Shown here: piece after piece, positions 40,206-52,523 of the stretch
How positions within the stretch are numbered: position 1 is the stretch's first letter
Layout: the number at the start of each line of letters is the position of its first letter
Origin: Planctomycetota bacterium
Lineage (GTDB): Bacteria > Planctomycetota > B15-G4
Direction: 5' to 3'
DNA length: 64,000 nucleotides
NCBI GenBank assembly: GCA_965248575.1
Contig: CBDFJQ010000002.1
Span: 3,488,001-3,552,000 of the forward strand
Position numbers and translations under genes: made by a program
The notes under the pieces: generated by a model
Told to the model about the DNA's origin: nothing
Seen by the model: only the letters and a program-made list of their open reading frames with translations
The model's database searches: none

Positions 40206-43061
40206 GTGATGGTGTCCCAGAGTGACCCCGAAAAGAAGAGCCTGCTGGCCAAGCTGACCGCGCCCAAGATGTTGGGTGGGGCCGTCGCCTTTCTGGGCGG
40301 CATCGTGCTGATCAGCTGGTACCTCTACACCCTTGAGCTGGTCACCCTGCCCACCAACTGGGTGCCCATGCAATACAACACGGCCATCGGTTTCGTGCTG
40401 ACCGGCTTGGCGGTGGTGGCGCACTGCGTGGGCCGGCGTCGAACGGCTTTGACGTTTGGCGCACTGGCTGCAGGATTGGGAAGCGTGGCTCTGGCGGAAC
40501 AGGCGTTGGGTCGCCAGCTGGATCTCATCTCGCTCTTCCTGGGGCGCAAGGCTGCGGGCTCGCCCGCACCGGCGATGGCCCCCAACACGGCGCTCTGCTT
40601 CTCCATCGCGGGCGGTCTGGTGCTCGTCGCGAGCATCAAAGGCACCTCCGAGAAGTGGCGCAAGCTGACCATGGGCGTCATGGCCTCCCTGCTGGCGGCG
40701 GCCGGTTTCGTGGGCCTGATCAGCTTCATCCTGAACAACGACATGGCTCAGGGCTGGGCGCGCTTCACCCGGATGGACGTGCACACCGGGCTCGCGTTCG
40801 TCGGCCTGGGCGTGGCCTTCTTCGGCATCGTGGGCCACTTCGGAACGCGTTCCCTGGATCGCCGGCTTCCGCCCTGGGCGGCGTGGGCTGCCGGAGGCGG
40901 CGTGGGCCTGCTGATCCTCGGAATCTGGGTCGGCCTGTCGTCGAGCGAAGAGCGTCTGCGCGTGGTGGCGATGACGCGCACCCATGAAAGCGCCATCAGC
41001 CGGGCGAACCACGCTTTCCAGGGCCACATCCAAGACCTGCGCAAGGTGGGCACGCTCTTCCTGGACCCGACCTCACGGAACGGCGAGCAGGTGCATCAAG
41101 ACGTCGAACTGATCTCCTCCGACCTGGAAGGGCTGGTGGGGCTGAGCGTCGTGGATGGGCTGGGACAGACGATCTTCGTGCGCGACGGAACGAAGCCGCA
41201 GGACGGTCTCGTGCGCGATCTTGCCGCCGACCCCGTCGTGGAACGGCTCATGCAGCTCAGCCGCCGGACAGGGCTGCCCTCAGCGAGCGATCCTGCGGAC
41301 GAGGCGGGCCGCTCGGGGACCTTCTTCCTGTGTCTCCCCCTGCATCAGGGCGAGCAGTGGGTCGGGCATCTCGTCGCTGAGCACGATGCACAGACCTACT
41401 TCGACGGCATCTTTGCGGACGGTGTCGGGCAGTCGCTCGACATCGCCCTCAGTACCGAGACGGGTGGCGTGTTCTACCGCGCCAACGGAGCTCTCGCGCA
41501 GGCCACTCTCGACGAAACGAGCCTGGCTGATGCGAGCGCCTTCACGGGCCGCCTGGCCTTTGGCGACCGTGTCTGGTTGTTGAACGCCGAACTGGACCCC
41601 TTCCTCATGGCGGGCAAGCGCAGCGCTAGCAACACCCTCATTCTCTGGGTGGGCATCTTCCTTGCTGCTGCCATTGCGTTCGCGGTGCGAAAATCCGAAC
41701 TGCTTGGAGAGCGCGCGGCGTCCCTCGAGGAAGCCAACCGCACCATCGAGGAACGCTCTGAGTCCCTGAGGAACGCCAACGAGTCCCTCGAGCAGCAAAC
41801 GTCGAGCTTGCGTGCCACGGAGGAGCGATCGCGGCGCACGGCGCGTGAGAAACGTCGCGTGCTCGACTCCTTGTCAGCATTCCTCGTGGGTGTCGATGAA
41901 GAAGGTGTCGTCACGGAGTGGAACGTCGTCTCCAGCGAGCTGTTCGGGTTGCGCAGCAGCGAGACGCTCGGCCGCAAGTTCGAGACCATCAACCTGGCTT
42001 GGGACAGTGAGGCCATCCAGAAGGCCGTGCTCGTGTGCACGACGACCGGCGACCGTGTTCGTTGTGATGAGGTCAGCGTCGACATGGGCGCCCATGTGGA
42101 GCCGCGAGTGGTGAGCTTCACCGTGAATCCGACCCAAGAGGGCAAGGGCTTCTCCATCATCGGCGCAGATGTCACCGAGCGGCGGATGCTCGAGATGCAG
42201 CTGCACCACTCACAGAAGCTGGAGTCGGTGGGCACCCTGGCAGCTGGCATCGCGCACGAGATCAACACGCCCATGCAGTTCGTGAGTGACAACGTGCGCT
42301 TCCTCTCCCAGTCGGTGAACCCGATCATCGGTGTGTTGCAGTTGGTGCCGGGGCTCATCGAAGAGGCACGGAAGGGCGAGCCTGACCAAGGCTTGCTGGA
42401 CCTCATCGAGCAGATGCTGGGGGACGTGGACATCGACTTCGTGGCAGATGAGATGCCCATGGCCATCGACGAAACGCTCGAGGGCGTCCAGCGCGTGACG
42501 ACCATCGTGCGCGCGATGAAGGACTTTTCGCATCCGGGCAGCGAAGGTGTTGCTGCAGCCGACATCAACGAGGCCATCGAGACGACCTTGGCGGTCGCGC
42601 GGAATGAGTACAAGTACTACGCAAACGTCGAGACGGACTTCGCTGATCTGGGCCCGGTCGAGTGCTGGGTGGCGGACCTCAACCAGGTCTTCTTGAACCT
42701 GCTCGTGAACGGCACGCACGCCATTCGCGAGAAGATTGGCGACAACAGCAGCGAGCTGGGCTCGATTCGGGTGTCCACTCGGGCCGACGGCGACATGGTG
42801 GAGATCCGCTTTGCGGATTCGGGCTCAGGCATTCCAGAAGCGGTTCGCTCGAAGATCTTCGACCAGTTCTTCACCACCAAGGAGGTGGGACGAGGCACCG
42901 GTCTGGGGCTCGCCATCGCGCATTCGGTAGTGGCCGACAAGCACTGCGGAACGTTGAGTTTCGAAACGGCCGTGAACGAAGGCACGACCTTCATCATCCG
43001 CATCCCGTTCAAGCAACAGGGTGCGCCCGAGGAGCATCATGAAGCGCATTCTCTTTGTTGA
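40206..43061 (+). CDS. Membrane sensor histidine kinase (multi-TM, CHASE-like, PAS, HisKA, HATPase)
   Basis: MxxNTA TM repeats, PAS (EWN...LFG), QKLESVGTLAAGIAHEINTP, NQVFLNLLVN, DSGSGI, FFTTK..G.GTGLGL. Confidence 0.96.
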   Translation: MMVSQSDPEKKSLLAKLTAPKMLGGAVAFLGGIVLISWYLYTLELVTLPTNWVPMQYNTAIGFVLTGLAVVAHCVGRRRTALTFGALAAGLGSVALAEQALGRQLDLISLFLGRKAAGSPAPAMAPNTALCFSIAGGLVLVASIKGTSEKWRKLTMGVMASLLAAAGFVGLISFILNNDMAQGWARFTRMDVHTGLAFVGLGVAFFGIVGHFGTRSLDRRLPPWAAWAAGGGVGLLILGIWVGLSSSEERLRVVAMTRTHESAISRANHAFQGHIQDLRKVGTLFLDPTSRNGEQVHQDVELISSDLEGLVGLSVVDGLGQTIFVRDGTKPQDGLVRDLAADPVVERLMQLSRRTGLPSASDPADEAGRSGTFFLCLPLHQGEQWVGHLVAEHDAQTYFDGIFADGVGQSLDIALSTETGGVFYRANGALAQATLDETSLADASAFTGRLAFGDRVWLLNAELDPFLMAGKRSASNTLILWVGIFLAAAIAFAVRKSELLGERAASLEEANRTIEERSESLRNANESLEQQTSSLRATEERSRRTAREKRRVLDSLSAFLVGVDEEGVVTEWNVVSSELFGLRSSETLGRKFETINLAWDSEAIQKAVLVCTTTGDRVRCDEVSVDMGAHVEPRVVSFTVNPTQEGKGFSIIGADVTERRMLEMQLHHSQKLESVGTLAAGIAHEINTPMQFVSDNVRFLSQSVNPIIGVLQLVPGLIEEARKGEPDQGLLDLIEQMLGDVDIDFVADEMPMAIDETLEGVQRVTTIVRAMKDFSHPGSEGVAAADINEAIETTLAVARNEYKYYANVETDFADLGPVECWVADLNQVFLNLLVNGTHAIREKIGDNSSELGSIRVSTRADGDMVEIRFADSGSGIPEAVRSKIFDQFFTTKEVGRGTGLGLAIAHSVVADKHCGTLSFETAVNEGTTFIIRIPFKQQGAPEEHHEAHSLC

Positions 43062-44022
43062 CGACGAGCGGCATGTCCTGAGCGGGCTGCGTAGGCAGCT
43101 TCACGGGCTACGCGGTGAGTGGGAGATGACGTTTGCGCCAGGTGGGCCGGATGCCGGGGCCCTCATTGAGGGGCAGCAGTTCGATCTGGTGGTGACGGAC
43201 ATGCAGATGCCCATCCTCGACGGCGCGCAGCTGCTCGAACATGTGGCTGACGTCCAGGAGCGTTGCGCGCGCCTCGTGCTCTCCGGGCATGCCGACCCCG
43301 ACCGCCTCTTGCTGGCCGCAACCTGTGCCCATCGCTATCTCGACAAGCCCTGCCCGCCTGACTTGCTGCAGTTGGAGATTCGGCAGGCCCTTTCGGTGCG
43401 TGAAACTCTCGATGAACTCCAGGACCCCGGCCTGGAACAGTTGTGGTGTCGCAAGCCTTCCGGCGATGCAGCCCTTGACCGCGTGACGAGCGCGCTTTCC
43501 TGCGAGCCTTCGGTCAAGCTGGAGCAAGTGCAGAGGGTGCTCACCCAGGATGAAGACATCTGGGAGCTGGTCAGCAGCATGCTGAGCCTCGATGGAGCGG
43601 TGGACGGTCCCGAGCACGCAGCGCAAGCGCATGGCTCGTCGACCCTTCTGTCAGTCGTGCGGGTAGCCCGCGTGGCCAAGACCTTGGCGCCCTCACTCAC
43701 CGAGAACTCCTCACGCAGCTGGGAGTTCGCGTCCCAGGTCCTGCGGCTCGCGCGGGAGCAGAACCATCCAGAAGACGTGGTCACGGATGCGTTTGTCGCC
43801 GGCCTCCTTGATGTTGCGCTCACGCGAGACAAGGACGAGCTCTGGTTGGATGTGCTCGCCTACCTGCTGCCGACGTGCGGCTTCCCCGATTCGGTGGTGA
43901 AGGCCGTGACCTCGGGAGACCGCGAGAAACAGCCATCAGGGGCGGCCCAGAGCGTGGCCGGAATCCTCGCAGCGGCACGTTCAGCAACGAATCCCGTGAG
44001 CCGCGGGGCGGGCTCGTTGTGA
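43039..44022 (+). CDS. Response regulator with degenerate HDOD-like output domain
   Basis: ILFVDDE, VTDMQMP, LSG, KPC; C-half retains DAFVAGLL and AYLL..CGFP..VVKAV from HDOD; GAGGAG RBS. Confidence 0.85.
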   Translation: MKRILFVDDERHVLSGLRRQLHGLRGEWEMTFAPGGPDAGALIEGQQFDLVVTDMQMPILDGAQLLEHVADVQERCARLVLSGHADPDRLLLAATCAHRYLDKPCPPDLLQLEIRQALSVRETLDELQDPGLEQLWCRKPSGDAALDRVTSALSCEPSVKLEQVQRVLTQDEDIWELVSSMLSLDGAVDGPEHAAQAHGSSTLLSVVRVARVAKTLAPSLTENSSRSWEFASQVLRLAREQNHPEDVVTDAFVAGLLDVALTRDKDELWLDVLAYLLPTCGFPDSVVKAVTSGDREKQPSGAAQSVAGILAAARSATNPVSRGAGSL

Positions 44023-44170
44023 CTGTGCATTGTCAGCTAGGTGAACGGCGTGTGTGCGCCGGAGTCGCCGACTGAAGGAGAATTCTGTTCTGTCATAGGT
44101 CGTGACGCGAAGATGCCGATAGCGGTGAACGAAAATGGTCGCTGCGTCGGCTGCTCCAAGGAGGATCGCC

Positions 44171-44808
44171 ATGGAATACAGACTGCTCATCGTCGATGAC
44201 GAGCCGAACATCTACCAGGCTTTGCGTCGTTCATTGCGTCGCGAGCCCGAGTGGAAGACGATCTATGCAAACGGTGCAGACGAGGCACTGAAGCTTCTCG
44301 AAAGCGAGCAGGTCGACGTGATCATCGCCGACGAGAACATGCCTGGCATGAACGGGTCTGCGCTGCTGAGCGTGGTGCGGCGCAAGTGGCCGGATGTCAT
44401 CCGCATGATGCTCACCGGCGACCCGCGCGTCGACGTCGTGATGAACGCCGTGAGCACCGGCGAGATCTATCGCTTCTTCACGAAGCCCTGCAACGAATCC
44501 GAACTCATCCACTCCATCCGCGAAGCGCTGCAGATGAAGTCGCTGAAGGAAGGCAGTCGCGAGCTGCTCGAAACGGTGAAGCGTCAGTCGGCCCAGATCC
44601 GTGACATGGAGAACACCGAAAGCCCTGCCGATGTCCTGGCGGAAGGGCCCGAGAGCGGAGTCGTGCCGTCCGATCTTCCACGGCGTCCCACACTCAATCT
44701 CGCTGACGTGGCAGGGGTCGAGCCGGTTCCCCCGGCAGGGCTCGACCTCGACGAGAACGAGAACGTGGATTCCCTGCTGGAGGACATCCGCAAGGAACTC
44801 GACAGCCT

Positions 44809-44812
<4 letters not shown>
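44171..44812 (+). CDS. Response regulator (REC + coiled coil/acidic tail, no DNA-binding domain)
   Basis: [40 protein letters not shown] before ATG 44171. Confidence 0.92.
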
Positions 44813-48090
<3,278 letters not shown>

Positions 48091-48244
48091 GGGCGGGGCT
48101 CAGTTCAGGGGTGTGGCCACCGGGTGCTGGACCCAGCTCGGTCAGAGCCCAGGTCCCAGTTCTGCTCCAGGTGGCTGCATCAGACAGGGGGCAGCAAATT
48201 GCGGCCAGGATATCTGATACGCGCGGTGCGCGCTCGCGAGCTTC

Positions 48245-49138
48245 CTAGGAAGCCCGCCAGGCCTGGAGGGCCCGCCCGAAGCGATCCGCCACGTCGGTGG
48301 GCAGCAGTGATTCCAGGCCCAGCTCCTGGGCTGCGAGATCCCCTGCCCGGGCATGCAGGTGGACGGCGAGGGCGGCGGCAGAGGCTGGCGTCGGCAGCAC
48401 AGCCAGCAGCGCGCCGAGGATCCCGCTGAGCACATCCCCCATGCCCCCCGTGGCCATACCCGGATTGCCTGCGGTTTCCACCCGCAAGGCTGTTCCATTG
48501 GTGACCACGGTGCCCGCCCCCTTCAGGACCACCACGCACCCGAGCTGCCGTGCCAGCTGGCCGGCTAGCTCCTGGCGCTGGGGCTCTGGAGGGAGGGGGC
48601 CGCCGCTCAGGCGAGCGAACTCCCCAGGATGGGGCGTCAGGACCGTGGGCCCCGGGCGGGTGCTGAGGATCCTCGCCGCAGGCAGGTCGTCGGCCCCGGT
48701 TTGTGGCCCGCTTCCCTGGGCGATGAGGTTCAGCCCATCGGCGTCGAGCACGACGGGCGCCTGGATGCCCGCCAGCAAGGTGTGCACGAAGGCCGCCGTG
48801 GAGTCGGCCGTTCCCAGCCCTGGGCCGATCACGACAGCGTCGGCCCGGCCGGCCTCCGTGAGCACCGGCCCTGCCGCCCCGGCGTGGAAGCCACCGCCCG
48901 CTTCGGCCTGGCCTTCGTGCAACACGGCGAAGGGTGCCGCGGGGACGAGCAGCTCAGCGATGCCCTGGGGCACGGCGACCTGCACCAGGCCAGCGCCGGC
49001 GCGCCCCGCACCTCGGGCAGCCAGGATGGCGGCCCCGGGATAGCGGGCCGAGCCCGCGACGATCAGGACTCGCCCGCAGCTCCCCTTGTGACTGTCCGCG
49101 GCGCGCGGGGGGAAGTCAGGAAGCGGCAGCGGTTCCAT
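48245..49138 (-). CDS. nnrD: ADP-dependent NAD(P)H-hydrate dehydratase (stand-alone YjeF-C)
   Basis: R..DSHKG..GRVLIVAGS..YPGA, IGPGLG, VLDADGL, LTPHPGEF, VLKG, MATGGMGDVLSG. Confidence 0.95.
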   Translation of the reverse strand: MEPLPLPDFPPRAADSHKGSCGRVLIVAGSARYPGAAILAARGAGRAGAGLVQVAVPQGIAELLVPAAPFAVLHEGQAEAGGGFHAGAAGPVLTEAGRADAVVIGPGLGTADSTAAFVHTLLAGIQAPVVLDADGLNLIAQGSGPQTGADDLPAARILSTRPGPTVLTPHPGEFARLSGGPLPPEPQRQELAGQLARQLGCVVVLKGAGTVVTNGTALRVETAGNPGMATGGMGDVLSGILGALLAVLPTPASAAALAVHLHARAGDLAAQELGLESLLPTDVADRFGRALQAWRAS

Positions 49139-49211
49139 GGTCTCGGGCCTCCGAGAGATGACTGGGAGTGGGCATGTGGGGACGAGCACCCTCCACGCTA
49201 TACTCACGGAG

Positions 49212-49640
49212 ATGGGCATGAAACGGGTCGAACTCTGCCGAATCATCCGCTCGGACAAGTCGCCCGAGTGTCACATGTATCTTCGCGAGTGCGAGGGCGG
49301 TCGGGTGTTCCCCATCATCATCCACCAGACGGAGATGGCCGAGATCTATCGCAAGGTGCACTCCGTGCCCATGCGGCGGCCCATGACCCATGACCTCTTC
49401 GCCTCCCTGATCGAGGCGGCCGGGTTGAACCTCGTCAGCGTCGAGGTGACCGAGCTGAAGAACGAGGTCTTCTACGCCCGCATGAATTTCGAGGCTCCCG
49501 ACGGCAGCACGTACTCCCTCGACGCCCGGCCCTCGGACGCCGTGGCCATTGCTACAGGTGTGCGCAGCCCGCTCTTCGCATCCGGAAAGATCCTGGACGA
49601 GATCGGCGTGGTTGAGCCCGAGCAGGAGTCGAGTGAGTAG
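49212..49640 (+). CDS. Bifunctional nuclease / DUF151 family protein
   Basis: FPIII...E, RPMTHDL, FYA, LDARPSDAVAIA; start at 49212 or 49218. Confidence 0.92.
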   Translation: MGMKRVELCRIIRSDKSPECHMYLRECEGGRVFPIIIHQTEMAEIYRKVHSVPMRRPMTHDLFASLIEAAGLNLVSVEVTELKNEVFYARMNFEAPDGSTYSLDARPSDAVAIATGVRSPLFASGKILDEIGVVEPEQESSE

Positions 49641-49657
49641 GCTGGCAGGCATTCGAC

Positions 49658-49745
49658 GGAGGGGTGGCAGAGTGGTTGATCGCGACGGTCTTGAAAACCG
49701 TTGGCCTGCAAAGGCTCGTGGGTTCGAATCCCACCCCCTCCGCCA
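49658..49745 (+). tRNA. tRNA-Ser (anticodon TGA)
   Basis: Acceptor GGAGGGG/CCCCTCC + G + CCA; anticodon arm ACGGT-CTTGAAA-ACCGT; long variable arm; GGTTCGAATCC. Confidence 0.97.
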
Positions 49746-49881
49746 TTCCTGGGCGGATGCCCGGCTCGCCACGCTGCCAACCACCGAGTTGAGCGCCCCG
49801 GCGCTTGCCGTCATGGCCCACCCTGCCGGGGACCGAGGCAGCGTCAGGGAGAATTGGATCCACTTCCGCCCATCGATGTCG

Positions 49882-49911
49882 TTGACAAGACACCGGGCGC
49901 ACAGGAAGAAT
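49882..49911 (+). promoter_or_regulatory. Candidate sigma70 promoter for tRNA-Ser(GCT)
   Basis: TTGACA (49882-49887), 18 nt, AAGAAT (49906-49911), 32 nt upstream of the tRNA. Confidence 0.45.
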
Positions 49912-49943
49912 CCCTCCCCGCGGCCGGAACTCCGGCTGTGTGC

Positions 49944-50037
49944 GGATAGGTGGCAGAGTGGTCGATTGCGGCAGATTGCTAATCTGTTGACGGGGTTTTT
50001 TCCCCGTCCGAGGGTTCGAATCCCTCCCTGTCCGCCA
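49944..50037 (+). tRNA. tRNA-Ser (anticodon GCT)
   Basis: Acceptor GGATAGG/CCTGTCC + G + CCA; anticodon arm GCAGA-TTGCTAA-TCTGT; variable arm GACGGGG/CCCCGTC; GGTTCGAATCC. Confidence 0.97.
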
Positions 50038-50043
50038 TTTTCA

Positions 50044-50478
50044 TTGGGTTCGCGGACACTGCTCCTGGCGGTCTTCTTGCTGGCGGTGAGCCCGGCCTGC
50101 GTGACGCGGAAGCTCTTCCTGCTCAGTGACCCACCGGGTGCCCAGGTCATCCTGGATGGCCAGTTGGTGGGGAGCACGCCTTACGAAACAGACTTTCTGT
50201 CCTACGGCGTGCGTCGGGTCGAGCTGCGCATGCCCGGCTTCCAGCGCAGCTTCACGGAGCTCGACATCTGGCGGCCCTGGTGGCAAGTGTTCCCCATGTC
50301 GCTGCTGACGGATGTGCTCTGGCCCTTCACCATCGAGGACGAGCGGCGCTTTCACATCGCGCTGGAGGTCTACGAGGACTTCGGGGGCCCCGAGGGCGCA
50401 GAGGCTGCGGCCCGGGCGGCCTACGAGAAGCTGAAAGCGATGCGCGAGGAGTCCACGCCCGACCCCAAGAGCCCGTGA
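50044..50478 (+). CDS. PEGA-domain lipoprotein
   Basis: Hydrophobic leader ending in SPAC (lipobox-like), then SDPPGAQVILDG..VGSTP and PWWQ.FP motifs; start uncertain (TTG 50044). Confidence 0.8.
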   Translation: MGSRTLLLAVFLLAVSPACVTRKLFLLSDPPGAQVILDGQLVGSTPYETDFLSYGVRRVELRMPGFQRSFTELDIWRPWWQVFPMSLLTDVLWPFTIEDERRFHIALEVYEDFGGPEGAEAAARAAYEKLKAMREESTPDPKSP

Positions 50479-51932
50479 ATGTGCCGGGCAACGGCGTGGG
50501 CAGTGCGGGCGCCCTGGACTGCCGAGGGCGGCATGCGATCGTGCTGGGCCTGGGCCGCTTCGGCGGGGGGCTTGGTGTCTCGCGCTGGCTCCTGGGGCAG
50601 GGGGCGGAGGTCACCGTCACCGACCGCTTGCCCCGTGCCGAGCTGGCTGAGGCCGCCGACGAATTGGAATCCCTGGGTGCGCGACTCGCACTCGGCGGGC
50701 ATGAGGGCCTGGAACTCGCGGCCGCGGACATGCTGGTGGTGAACCCGGCCGTGCCCCTGCAAGCGCCCCTGGTGCAGGAGGCGCGGGCGCTGGGTGTCGC
50801 CCTCACGAGCGAGATCGCCCTGCTCATGGAGCGTTGGCCCGGGCCGATGCTCGGCGTCACCGGCAGCAACGGCAAGTCCACCACCGTCGGCATGGCTCAC
50901 GCGATTCTCGAAGCCGCAGGTCTGCCGGCCGTGCGGGGTGGGAATCTCGGCGGGTCGTTGCTGGGTCAGCTCGAGCTGGCGAACGAACAGACCGTGGCGG
51001 TGCTCGAGCTCTCCTCCTTCATGCTTGAGTTGCTGGGAGAGTTGAAGCTGGGCCCGCACGTTGCGGTGTTCACCAACCTGACCCCCAACCACCTCGACCG
51101 CCATGGCACGATGGAGGCCTACCGCGAGGCGAAGGCCGGCATCCTGGTGCGCGCCGAATCCTTGGTGCTGCCCGTGGGCGACTGCTGGCTCGAACCCTTC
51201 GGACTGGGGCTGCAGGACGGGCCCGCCGCAGCCCTGGCTGCCGTGCCCCCACCCCAGGTGCTCTGGTTCGGGGACGTGGGCGGCAGCCGGCAGCCCGACC
51301 TGGGGGTCGATGGGCAGGGCCATCTCGTGGATGGGCAGGGGCTCCAACTCATGGCCAGCGAGGATGTTCCCCTTCCCGGGCGAATGAATCGTTGGGATGC
51401 AGCGGCCGCCTGCCTCGCCGTCGGGGCGCTCCTGGGAGACCACGACCGGGCCCAGCGGGCCCTGGCAGCTGGGCTCCACGCCTACCAGCCAGCGCCTCAC
51501 CGCCTCCAGCAGGTGGCCCGGAAGGGTGGCGTGCTCTGGGTGGACGATTCGGTGTCCACGACCCCAGAGTCCACAGCGGCCTCTCTGGAGGCCGTAGGGG
51601 GGCCATGCCTGCTGATCGTGGGTGGGCGAGACAAGGGTCTCGACCCCGAAATCATGGTCCAGGCGGCCGTTGGCAGGGTGCGCCACGCCCTCACGATTGG
51701 AGAACTCGGCAGCTCCTTGGCGCTGAGGCTCAACCGAGAAGGTGTTGATGCCGAACAATTGGAAACCGTGGAAGCCGCCGTGGACCGCGCAGCAGCCCTT
51801 GCGAGGCCCGGAGACACGGTCTTGTTGTCGCCTGGATACTCATCTCATGACCAGTTCGTGCACTTCGAAGAAAGGGCCGCAGCGTTTTGCGCGGCCGTGC
51901 GCGCGTTGGGGGGCCCCAGGAGTCTGTCCTGA
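50475..51932 (+). CDS. murD: UDP-MurNAc-L-Ala:D-Glu ligase
   Basis: LGLGRFGGG, VVNPAV, GVTGSNGKSTT, GGNLG, ELSSFML, NLTPNHLDRH, HRL, DDS.ST, GG.DKG, LLSPGYSSHDQF..FEER; GTGA overlap. Confidence 0.96.
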   Translation: MNVPGNGVGSAGALDCRGRHAIVLGLGRFGGGLGVSRWLLGQGAEVTVTDRLPRAELAEAADELESLGARLALGGHEGLELAAADMLVVNPAVPLQAPLVQEARALGVALTSEIALLMERWPGPMLGVTGSNGKSTTVGMAHAILEAAGLPAVRGGNLGGSLLGQLELANEQTVAVLELSSFMLELLGELKLGPHVAVFTNLTPNHLDRHGTMEAYREAKAGILVRAESLVLPVGDCWLEPFGLGLQDGPAAALAAVPPPQVLWFGDVGGSRQPDLGVDGQGHLVDGQGLQLMASEDVPLPGRMNRWDAAAACLAVGALLGDHDRAQRALAAGLHAYQPAPHRLQQVARKGGVLWVDDSVSTTPESTAASLEAVGGPCLLIVGGRDKGLDPEIMVQAAVGRVRHALTIGELGSSLALRLNREGVDAEQLETVEAAVDRAAALARPGDTVLLSPGYSSHDQFVHFEERAAAFCAAVRALGGPRSLS

Positions 51933-51990
51933 GGTTGGGCGGAGTGCTAAAAATAGGGGTTGGCTGCCCTTTGGAGGCCCACCCAGAGCC

Positions 51991-52521
51991 ATGTTCCACA
52001 CCTGTGATCGCTGTGACAGTCCGGCCAGTTTCCACCTGACCGACATCAAGGATGGCCAGAAGTCCGAGCGCCACCTCTGTGAGGAGTGCGCGAAGTCCCT
52101 CCAGGTGCCCCAGGCCAACAAGGAACTCCAGAACCTGCTGAAGAGCTTCGACCCCAACCAAGTCGGCCAGCAGGACCAGAAGGCCAGCAGCAAGAGCTGC
52201 CCCGAGTGCGGCATGACGTACGCGGAGTTCCGGCAGAACGGGCGCTTCGGCTGCCCCCGGGACTACGACGTCTTTGGTGCAGAGGTGATCGCGCTGCTGG
52301 AGCGCATTCACGGGGCCAGCAAGTACTCCGGCAAGACGCCTGAGGGCGGCCGCGTGCTGGACGGGGTGCTGCTGGATGCGGCCAGCGAGGTGCGCGACCA
52401 GCTGAGCACGGCCATCGAAGAAGAGGACTACGAGTTGGCGGCCCGACTGCGCGACGAGATTCGCAAGATCGCCGACGAGGGCTCATCGAGCCAGGCCGGC
52501 GGCGCTTCGGAGGCGCGCTGA
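51991..52521 (+). CDS. mcsA: McsA-like arginine-kinase activator (CxxC motifs + UVR)
   Basis: CDRC, HLCEECA, CPECG, GRFGCPRDY, IHG...GK.P, AIEEEDYELAARLRDEI. Confidence 0.93.
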   Translation: MFHTCDRCDSPASFHLTDIKDGQKSERHLCEECAKSLQVPQANKELQNLLKSFDPNQVGQQDQKASSKSCPECGMTYAEFRQNGRFGCPRDYDVFGAEVIALLERIHGASKYSGKTPEGGRVLDGVLLDAASEVRDQLSTAIEEEDYELAARLRDEIRKIADEGSSSQAGGASEAR

Positions 52522-52523
52522 TC

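Noticed and set aside
49658..50037. tRNA genes as integration sites, or as selenocysteine/suppressor tRNAs
   Set aside because: No integrase and no duplicated tRNA 3' end seen. Anticodons TGA and GCT with 7-bp acceptor stems and G73 are ordinary tRNA-Ser.
49549..50043. 5' extension of the 309-aa ORF 49549..50478
   Set aside because: It runs through both tRNA-Ser genes; only the PEGA part from about 50044 is credible.
50475..51932. murD and dapF as a surprise in a planctomycete-like genome
   Set aside because: Peptidoglycan in Planctomycetota is already established.
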